A DNA stretch of 64,000 nucleotides from Adineta vaga. Its lineage: Eukaryota; Animalia; Rotifera. Location of the stretch: positions 12,338,001 to 12,402,000 of the forward strand of contig CP075493.1 of the NCBI GenBank assembly GCA_021613535.1, given 5' to 3'. A program made the position numbers and the translations under genes. Shown one piece after another: positions 52,300 to 62,003 of the stretch (its first letter is position 1; each line of letters starts with the position of its first letter). Under the pieces are notes generated by a model. That model searched no databases. It saw only the letters and a list, made by a program, of their open reading frames with translations, and was not told the origin of the DNA.

Positions 52300-55200
52300 T
52301 CACATTTTTTGGAGTATTCTGGTCAATTGAGATAGGTGGCTACATGTACTCCTATGATTGGGGCCGTATATAACAGAAGCTATCATGGCTGCTCGCTGTG
52401 CGTGCTCCAAAACGTCGCTGTATTGGTGAAGAGCTTCGAAAACGCTAGCTAAATTGTTGTAACTTTTATAGATGGATGGATGGTTTGGAGGAAGAACCTT
52501 CTCTTTCATTGCAAGAGATTGTTGATAAAAATGTAACGCGCTTTTATACTGTCCTGACAAGTGATATACAAGCCCAATATTGGTATAAATCACTGCCAAC
52601 ATAGGCTGATTAGTAGAAGAACAATATGCATATATGTCAATTGCTTTTTCGTAGCATGATAAAGCGGCACGATTGTTTTTCATTGAATGATGTATTCTAC
52701 CCATATTGTTGTAGATAGAACAGATCTGATCAAAGTTCGGAGTGCTAGAATCTTCATAAGCAGTTATTGCTTTTTGGGAGAAATTGAGAGCATCTGAGTA
52801 ATTTTGTATGCCTTGGTGTGCGGCAGCTAAATAAGTATATGTAGTGGCTAATAACAATGAATCAGGTTGTGACGATTTTACCTTGATTTCCAGAGCCTCT
52901 TTGTGAAAGGCAATAGCTGTCGTGAAATTTTCTAGCCTTTGATATGCTATGCCAATTTTATCATACGTCTCGGCTATGTCAATATGATCATGTTGAAGTG
53001 TTTTTTGTTGGATTTCGAGACTTTTTTGATGAAAAGAAAGCGAGAGAGAGTAGTTTCCTAGTGAATCGTGTGTTTCGCCAATACGGTTGAAAATATGTAT
53101 TAGGTCAGAGGAAGAAGGCGCAGTTGAAGTCTGCTGAATTTCGAGTTGTTTCTGATAGCTAAGAAGTGCTTCCGCATAGTTGCACGCTGAATCATATTGT
53201 ATTCCAATGAGTGTGTAAATCTGAGACAATATTGGATGGTGTACAAAACAAGACTTCTGATAGATTTTTAAAGCTTTTTCAAAACTGAAGATTGCAGCTG
53301 AATAGTTTCGTAAAGCAGAGTATGTAAGACCAATATAGATGTAAGTATCTGCCACCTCTGTGTGGTCTGCACCAAACTGCCTGTCTTGAATTTCAAATGC
53401 TTTTTGATGAAACGAGAGTGCAGTTGAGTAATCACCAATCTTTGTATGCACCTTAGCGATAAAGTGATACGTATGTGCTATTGCTGACAGATTATTGTGC
53501 AGAGACATTTCCAATATTTCAATAGATTTCGCGTGAAAAGATAGGGCAGTTGAATAGTCTCCTAACGATGTATGAATAGTACCAATAATATTGTTACTTT
53601 CGGCTAGATTTGGATGATATGATGGTAGCACATTTTCTTCAATTTCAAGTGCTTTCTCATGCAACGATAGCGCCGTTGCAAAATCGCCTGTAGATATATA
53701 TACTGCTGCAATATTCTTGTAGATTATGGCTAAGTCTACTGAATCAAGTGCGAGTGATTTTAATTGAATTTCTAGTGCTTTTTGTGAAAACGCAAGTGCG
53801 GCCGAGCTGTCTTGCATTGAACGATATACAGTACCGATATTATCGTATAAGATAGCCATAGATGGATGATCAGAAGGAAGACTTTTTTTTCTGATTTTTA
53901 ATGCTTTTTGATAAAATGAAAGAGCACTTTGGTAATCGCCGATGTCTCGTTTGTATGCAGCAATATTACTGTATGTTTTTGCTAAGTCAGGGTGGTATTC
54001 AGGTAATCGTTTCTCTTGTACGTCTAAAGCTTTTTGGTAAAATATTTGTGCACATTCTGCGTTCTGTATTTTTGTATATAAGAGAGCAATATTATTGTAG
54101 GTGGGTACAAAGTCTAACTCATCGACAGATGAGTGCCGTTGCTGAATATTCAATATGTGTTTATAAAACAAAAGTGCAGTGGAATATTCAGCCATCCCTC
54201 GAAGAATTTCTGCGAGATTGTTATAATAACTAACTAAACTTAAATCATCGGCGGTAATATATTTAAGTTTGATTTCTATGGTTCTCCAACACAACGAAAA
54301 TGCAGCTTTTGATGCACCTTTAGAGTGCTTCACAGCTCCCAAAGCGTCGTATAGAAAAGCTGACTTTTCATAATCAGTTTTCGATGTTAAGTTGAGTAAT
54401 GTTTGAAAGATTTCTTCAGCCATGTCAAAATGACCCATTTCCATCATCAATATTCCCAAACCTTCTATACCAGATGATGGGCCTAGTTCGTTTTGCCTAT
54501 GTGTTTTGAGTTCAGACAATTGTTCATCATTATCACAAGTAAGTTTGAGCTCCACTTCCCATAGTCGATCACGAATCTGTTTTATGCTTTCTATTCGAAA
54601 TATAGCATGCATGGAGAAAATAACTTCTTCCTCGCTTTGAAAATAAGTCAGATCTTTTAATGAAGCGAAACAGGTCGATTGTGGCACTGATACTGATGGA
54701 TCAATATATATGCAAAAGAGTATGCCTATCATAGAAGGATCTTCTCTCGCACTATCGGCAAATAGTTCACACACTTGTCGATTAATGCTCATTGATAAAA
54801 AACTATTAAATGATAATAAGGATCCATTGTTGTTTTTTAATCGATCGAATTCATCTGTGAACACACCTTGTCCTCTGTAAAGTATTCGAGGACATGCAGC
54901 ATCTGATGGTTCAATATGAATATCTTTTATTTGTTGGTAAAGATCTTTCATGAAGAAACCCATCTTTAGAATAATTTCAGGTTCCTGTATTCTTAGAGCT
55001 CAATTGAGTGTAGCATATATGAACGATTCTTTTGAATACTACCATATAGGAGAATGTAACGAATAATCACGTTCAAATTCGTCAAGAACCTCTAACATAC
55101 GATTGTTATCAATGTATTGAAGTTTTAAAAATGTAACCAAATCCTTTTTGGCCTTACAACTATCATAATCCATCTTTACAAGAATTTCTTTAAGTAGTTG

Positions 55201-55836
55201 TGTGTACATAAATGATTGATCTAGTTCATTAGTACCATTGCTTGAAGAAAGTACATTAATTGACTTCATATCAAATTCACGCTGTCGAATATCTTGTTCA
55301 AGTGTATTACACATAAGTTCGATTGTATTAAAAACTCCATGAACCTTCTGAAATTGCCGAGTCCACTCGCCTTCGTGCTGCTTTTCATGATTACAAAATA
55401 CATAAATATGAACAAGTTGAGGAATATCTTGAATAAGAGGTACAACGTATTGACATAAAACACATGATATAATTAAGAAGCTTTTTTTTTCTTGTAGTTC
55501 GGTAATAAAGTCTACAAAATCATCTGATTCATCGAAAACAGAGATAGAACCGACAGTGTGTCGCAAGCGGCTATTAACTTTTTCATAAATATAATCGAGT
55601 TCATTAATATTCGAATTCAACCAACACAGCACATAATTTCTTCTGATATGATCCATCACATTTTTCGATGATTTTCCCGTTGGTATACCGCTTATAGTAA
55701 AGGATTGGTCTGTGTTTATTTTCTTGTCTAACACATCATGATTAATAATGATAGAATCGCATGAATATGATTCAAAGTTGCTGTCATTCACTGGGAATCC
55801 ATTAGAAGGACTTTTTCTTTGTAGAAACAATGGCAT
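52300..55836 (-). pseudogene. ART + long TPR array gene with two in-frame nonsense codons
   Basis: HSPIW*YSKESFIYATLN*ALR (TAG 55041-55039, TGA 55002-55000); LYRGQG, SFLSMS and QSEEEVIF; many kinesin-light-chain-like TPRs (HPDLAKTYSNIA...ALSFYQKAL). Confidence 0.85.
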
Positions 55837-56153
55837 AAATGATGTTGATAGTACTATGTAGTTTCAAAATATTTTACTGGTGAAGTAAGAATTTAGACAT
55901 CATTTCTTATCCTGCTTTTTCTTTTGTCTTCTATCTCGGAGAATGACAAATATTTTTAACCAACGACGATACGGTTTTTTCCAACTTTGACGATATTTAC
56001 TTGAATACAAAAGTCTGGCGGTCGCATAGTAATATTCGAAAAATGCATAGTATTGTAAATTGAAAAACGTGAAATAGAGCTATTTATAATTTTATATGGT
56101 ATGTTTACTTAAAATTTAGGCCACATGAAATGGTGGGGGACTGGAAATTTGTT

Positions 56154-56305
56154 TCTGAGCGTGAATGAGTGCGAAGCATACGTTTACATGTGTGCAGCTC
56201 TTCATCACTCACATCCGCATTCGCACTCTCACCCACACCCACCACACCCACCACACCCACACTCTAATCCTCACCCACCCTCACACCCGCTCCCATTCTC
56301 AAGAT
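56154..56305. repeat. Interstitial telomere-like (CCCACA)n tract with CTCAAGAT cap and a degenerate inverted G-rich arm
   Basis: ctctcacccacacccaccacacccaccacacccacac...cccattctcaagat; gagtgcgaa (56167-56175) is the reverse complement of ttcgcactc (56220-56228). Confidence 0.8.
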
Positions 56306-56469
56306 GAAAAACCCTTGAAGTTTATATACGCGAACATGTGGAAAGGTAATTATTCCGCGAGAAAAAGAACAAAATGTACGGTGACAAACCAATGCAAAAC
56401 ATTTTACAATAACAAAAAAATGACACTTTGAAACATTCGTCGATTCATATTTTAACTTCATTCTATAAA

Positions 56470-57528
56470 ATGACTACATCTAAAACAAGTGATTTTTACT
56501 GGGCATGTCGCAATGGTGACTTGGATACCGTTAAGAAACTGTTACCAAGTCTAAGTTTGAACGACATTAATCGAATTGAATGTAATGGAAGTACTGCTTT
56601 GCATGCTGCTTCGTATTATGATCATGAAAATGTCGTTCGTCTTTTACTGCAAAAAGGTGCTAATACTAATAGCCGCAATAAATATGATAAAACAGCAAAA
56701 GAAGAAGCACACACCAATGAAATTCGTGCTTTATTTGTATCAACACCAAAAGCTGAAGAAACATCTGTCAGCGACAATGATGATGACGACATACCTCAGT
56801 CTGAATTCATTCAACTTTATCCAAATAACGATAATATGGACAAATCCCAGTTGGCTACCAATATTCTGAAAGCTAGACTAAGATTGCATCAAACTCATAA
56901 ATACACGATCTCAGCTGAATCTAATTTGGAACATTTGGAGAAAAAATATCGCAAAATATGTGAAGAAAGAGGTGAACAACATTCATTACGATTGGGTGAA
57001 GAATATTTTCAGAAATATCGAGAAAAATATGATTTTGATCATTTGATTCAATTCTATACTATGCAGTCACCTTTCTATGAAATAATACAAGGTGACGAAA
57101 CATTTCTTGTGGAAATGTATAAACATTTATTTCGATATGGAAAGTACGTTTTTCAAGGACCTACTTATCGTGCTCTCAACCTATTTCCGAAAGATCTCGA
57201 ACCATACCGATGGGCCTTGATGCATCCTAACAGTCTACTTGAAATGCGCAAGCTTGCAGGAACACATCAAGACAAGGATTATCCTTTTCGCTATATACAG
57301 AAGACAAATGATGAGAGACGATTAGTTCTATTTGAAATGCAGTTCGACAAACAATGTTTTACGGCAATTGATATCGATTTGATAAGTCAATTTAAAGAAA
57401 AGGAAGTTCTTATTTTATCTGGAACCTTCTTTACTGTAACTAAAATACAGGAAGATGATAAAGGTATGATCACCATTTCAATGAAGAATGTATCAGTCGA
57501 TAAAAACAGTATATCGACGGTGATATGA
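56470..57528 (+). CDS. Ankyrin-repeat + ADP-ribosyltransferase domain protein (intact ORF, atypical STS motif)
   Basis: FYWACRNGDLDTVK and NGSTALHAASYYDHENVVRLLL; ART motifs FYT...FY, TYRAL, LAGTH and FKEKEVLILSGTFF. Confidence 0.85.
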   Translation: MTTSKTSDFYWACRNGDLDTVKKLLPSLSLNDINRIECNGSTALHAASYYDHENVVRLLLQKGANTNSRNKYDKTAKEEAHTNEIRALFVSTPKAEETSVSDNDDDDIPQSEFIQLYPNNDNMDKSQLATNILKARLRLHQTHKYTISAESNLEHLEKKYRKICEERGEQHSLRLGEEYFQKYREKYDFDHLIQFYTMQSPFYEIIQGDETFLVEMYKHLFRYGKYVFQGPTYRALNLFPKDLEPYRWALMHPNSLLEMRKLAGTHQDKDYPFRYIQKTNDERRLVLFEMQFDKQCFTAIDIDLISQFKEKEVLILSGTFFTVTKIQEDDKGMITISMKNVSVDKNSISTVI

Positions 57529-57813
57529 ACATTTATACCATCTATATTCACCTTTCGACATATAAGCACAAAGAAAATCTATGTAGCAATGTACTTTTTC
57601 TTACATGAAAAATAATAACCATTCTAATTAGTATCACCTCCATTTCGAAATATGTGTCTAACATGATCTGAAGGCGATTTTAAGTTATATTCCATCGTAA
57701 TAGATATCGATATCATATCTCATGGATTCTAACTCGAAAAAAAACCTCATCAAACGTTAGTAATAGAGTGATTTTATTTCATTTTATTACTATAGAAAAA
57801 AGTCAGTTGTTGT

Positions 57814-59055
57814 TTAATTCATCAAGTGCTCTGGATAGAACTTTTGAGAAATGGGTACATTCTCAAGCTGAATTAGATGATAACCAGTGTCTTCATCTCT
57901 GGTGACTCCATGCACTTCAAATAGAGTACCTGGTAAAAGTAATACTTCTTTTTCCTGTGGATATTGTGATAAAGGTTTTGCAATACTCAAATCAATAGCT
58001 GTATAACAAGTATCAGGAAAAGAGAATTTCATTAGAAAAACATCTTTATGAAAACCATGTTCAGCATCATATTCGAGTGCCTCTCGAGCGCGATCAATAG
58101 CAACACTTTTCACAGCTGATGTAGATGTCATCGTTTTAATTTCAATGAGTCGACCTTTATTTTTTGCTGCCCATTGATAGTTTTGAAGAACATTTTTCTC
58201 CATGGTCATACCACGATAAGTTGGACCTCCTTTGAAAGCTCGTTGTTTTAATGATGATAAATGTAAATAGACTTCAATAGCAAAAGAGTCTACATTAGAT
58301 TGAAGTGCTCGATATAAATCTGTTTCAAGCGTATAAAGAAGAAGGAGGTGATCAATGCATTGTTTCGTACGATATTCATTAAATTGGAAAAATGCTTCAG
58401 AATCATCTCTTTTTGTATACTTGACGGTTTTTTTCATTAATTTAAACACATCGTTACACGTATTTGAAATCTAGAATCGAGGTAGTTTCATTTGACATTT
58501 TCTTTCATCTGATAAATGGACTAAAGATATTAGCTTACTTGAAATTTTTTTAAGCAATATTTCATCATTTGTGCTTGAACAATTTTTTGTAAAGTCGCCT
58601 CTCGTTCTTCAAAACGTACCGATATGTTTATAACCGCTCACATAATTATTTTTTGGGATATTATCATCTTCGACATCTGCCTGTTCTTCGCATGAAATCA
58701 TCTGAAAACAATCTTCTGCTGATACAAATCTTCCATTGGGTGAACCATTACGATTGGGTCTATCGAATAATCGCCGCATTTCGTCACCTTGTGCTTCATC
58801 ATACGGTGTATTACCATATTTGTTCAAAGTCCACGTTGTACGACCATTATCTAGCAATAATTTCACTATAGCGTGATGTCCATTAAAGGTAGCAACATGC
58901 AATGCTGTGCTACCATTTGGTTCGAAACGATTTTTTTCTTCATGAGACATCGTAGGTAAGAGTTCCTGAACAGTGGTAAAATCGCCATTACGACAGGCCA
59001 GATAGAATCTTGAGGGTGTAACCTGTTTATCAGTATCAGAAGCAGTTGCAGCCAT
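57814..59055 (-). pseudogene. Ankyrin + ART paralog with one frameshift and one intron
   Basis: FYLACRNGD and NGSTALHVATFNGH; one extra base near 58612 (acgTTTTgaa); intron about 58471-58538; canonical TYRG, MTSTS and YPQEKEVLLLPG. Confidence 0.8.
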
Positions 59056-59283
59056 TACCGAGAATAAAACGCACCTTTGTGACTTTATTTCTGATTTAGA
59101 GAATGGAAGAAACATGCCGTTGATGTTGTTGTGTATCTAGCCATGTGCTTTTTTCCCATTCTTCACAAGCAAAAGAGTTTTGTATAGAGCAATAAAAAAA
59201 TACACAGCGAATTCATTGACTCAAAGAAAAGAAAAAAATCAAACTCGTTTTCGCGAAATTATAATGCAGAAAGCATCGCATTG

Positions 59284-59337
59284 ATTTGAAGGGCGTGGGT
59301 GTGGTCAGTCCCCTTGTTTAATACCCATCCTCAAGAT
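59284..59337. repeat. Short inverted pair of capped telomere-like arms
   Basis: atttgaagggcgtgggtgtgg ... cccatcctcaagat. Confidence 0.7.
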
Positions 59338-59354
59338 TTTCTCTGGTGAAAAAA

Positions 59355-59625
59355 ATGAACAACAGTACAAACAGTGACACATCTAGCAATCTTGAAAATA
59401 CACTTTACGGTATTGCCGAGTATAATATGATTGTAGGTGGACTCTTCATATTGATAGCTGGAAATATTGCATGTATGGGAAATATCTTTGTCTTTCAATC
59501 ACAAACATATCGTCGACAAGCTTGCTTTATTTATCTTTTTTGAAAAACAATTGCAAGTTTATTTCTTCTCAATTTTATTCCCTTAACACGCATTATTGAA
59601 AGTGGTTTTCAAATCCCATTAATAG
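59355..59625 (+). pseudogene. 5' fragment (TM1-TM2) of a class A GPCR
   Basis: MNNSTNS...GLFILIAGNIACMGNIFVFQSQTYRRQACFIYLF*KTIASLFLLNFIPLTRII. Confidence 0.7.
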
Positions 59626-59629
59626 ATGC

Positions 59630-60345
59630 ATCAGATAATCCGTCACATGCTCGTGATTATATATGTTATTACTTTGGATCAATAGCTACTAATACTGGTT
59701 ATCAGTTGACTAAATCAGTTCGTGGTCAATGTAAAGGGTCTGGTTTTGCTGAAAAAAAATTTCAGGTGGTCTTAATTTGTACGAATTTATGCGAAAACCT
59801 GAAAATCAAGATTATATGCATCTTTATAATGGAGTTATGACTTGCTTATCGACTTACACAGGTACTGAGCTAGTAACAGGTGTAGATTTTGGTCGCTTTG
59901 AAACTTTAGTAGATTTGAGTGGTAATCGTGGTACTTTTTTGGCTCAAATTCTTCAACACTATGAAAACATTCGACATGGATTCGTGTTTGATTTACCACA
60001 ATGTATGATTCCTCAAGCTGATGCTTACATACTTAAATATTTATTACACGTTTTCGATGATGAAATATGTGTGGCTACATTATCATCAATTCGTAAGGCA
60101 AATGAAAATCATTCTGACTCATCATTGACTATATTTATTGTCGAACATATAATTTTGTCCGATGAATTACTCAGCGACTGGCAATCACATGCTTTTGATA
60201 TAGGAATGACTATGCTTATAGTGCTGCTCGAGAACGAACAGAACAAGAATATCAAGTAATACTTGAAAAAGCAGGATTTCAATTGAAAAAACTCTATCCA
60301 CTTCAAGCACCAGATTCAATAATTGAAGCTACTTTCATTAAGTAA
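59630..60345 (+). pseudogene. Class II SAM-dependent O-methyltransferase (Methyltransf_2) remnant
   Basis: DFGRFETLVDLSGNRG (degenerate DxGGG), VFDLPQ, ADAYILKYLLH.FDDE and ARERTEQEYQVILEKAGF...SIIEA; frameshifts, loss of the GDFF segment and no N-terminus. Confidence 0.8.
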
Positions 60346-60479
60346 ATTTTGAGGATGTAGTAGATGAGTATGACCAGAAAATAAAGAGCTTGCTTTTGAA
60401 ACATGAAGAATCCATATTATTTTATTTATTAAACACAAATTTTTCGTGATTATATACAAAAGCTAGAAAGGTTTCTTTC

Positions 60480-61323
60480 TCAACTATTTGCAAATGAAGG
60501 TCGATTACAAGTACACATTTGAGGAAAATATCCTGCTAAACAAACACCTTCATATTTATAATTACAAGCTTTGGATGGTGTTATACGAGGACGAGTCCTT
60601 AGTAAAAGTTTACGAGCAACTTCCTTTGCTTTTTCATCCTCCTGAAATTAAATAAATACTATAGATATAGTGTATGTCTTTATTGTAATGAATTACTTTA
60701 TATTTTAAATAAAGTTGCATAGATGCTTTAGCATCTTGAGTAGCTAAATGACCATTTTCAGCGTTCAAATCAATATGTAATAATGTCAAAGCTTCATGTG
60801 CTAACGAGAAAAAACTAAATGAAAAATAATCAATGCAAACTTTTCTCTATTTAAATTTCCGAAATTTAATATACCTGGTATTGTCAAAACGTGGATTATA
60901 AGCTTTAAACCATTGACTAATATCAATCACATCTGAATAATGTACACCTTTTTGTAGTTTCAACCATTGAATATCATTCTTTGGACCTTGTCCAATAATA
61001 ATTGTCGTCGAATCAAATAATGAATAGATCTAAGTAAGGAAGAAAAACATCTATGAACGTTTATTTCCTTATGAACAAGTTCTGAATACTTTTTCTAAAA
61101 CTTCTTCCAATGTTGGCGCTTGTTCAAGTTCTTTAACTCGTAAACCTGTAAATGGATAAAGATCGCTCACAACTTCTTCAACTGGTTTAATTAATGAAGC
61201 ATAAATTATTTCACATTGCTCATTCACAATTGCTACACTACATGGAGATCGATCTTCATGAGTATAACCTGTTGCTACACATTCGAGATCAATTGCAAGA
61301 ACACGATCATTGCTAGTTGCCAT
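60480..61323 (-). CDS. DEDDh 3'-5' exonuclease (REX4/ISG20-like fold), 4 exons
   Basis: AIDLECVATG (ExoI), IIIGQGPKNDIQWL (ExoII) and GHLATQDAKASMQLY (ExoIII) across three GT-AG introns; Cys-containing tail YEGVCLAGYFPQMCTC. Confidence 0.85.
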
Positions 61324-61550
61324 ATCGAATTGATATAGCAAACTTACTATTCGCAAATTGTAATAAGTCTTCTTCTTATAGTTTTCATAGAACGGGTGAC
61401 TCTAATAATAATGTGAATCACAGGTGAGGTGTTTTTTCGTTCTGATTTGTTACAAAATAGAAATATAGAAAAATAAAACTATAGATGTCTTCGTGAGGCA
61501 TTCAACTGTTTTGTTGTAGTTTAGTATTATTTATTTATGGTCGGCGAATA

Positions 61551-61597
61551 TGGGTGAGAGTGTGGGTATTCTTTCAATTTAACCCACACCCTCAAGA
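61551..61597. repeat. Short inverted pair of telomere-like arms with CTCAAGAT cap
   Basis: tgggtgagagtgtggg ... cccacaccctcaagat. Confidence 0.8.
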
Positions 61598-62003
61598 TTC
61601 CAGTATCTATAGTTAGAGACTCACATAGTCTAAAATATTGTTTCATATCAAAAGCAAGCGTGCATGAATAATAATGATGACGTCAACTTGTATCATTCAT
61701 GAGTGCATTGCACAAGGATAATATAATGTCTGAGTGTTTGTATCCCAATGATATTAAATAAATAATAGCAGATATAATCTTGTCCTTAAAGACATAATAC
61801 TAGTATAGATATATATGTATGGTAATGATGTTCATTGAACGGTGTCGTCATACTAAAATGAAAGAGAAAGAGACATAATCAAGGTATCAATAAGACATGG
61901 GGAAAAAAGGAACGGATAAAAGAGAATACGAGCAAATTTTTATCTCAAAGATTTTGACATTTCATTCTACTTATTATATCTTTAGAAGATAAAAATTGAT
62001 ACA

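Noticed and set aside
56125-56461. His/Pro- and His/Thr-rich ORFs as real proteins
   Set aside because: They are translations of the (CCCACA)n tract.
13545-59543. Stop-codon reassignment or programmed readthrough explaining the in-frame stops
   Set aside because: All three stop types occur at positions expecting different residues (W, R, probably Y and L), and all three also terminate intact genes.
734-60306. Numerous 60-120 aa ORFs antisense to or overlapping real genes, or starting at TTG/GTG
   Set aside because: Shadow ORFs with no motifs; bacterial-style start codons are not meaningful in this eukaryotic sequence.
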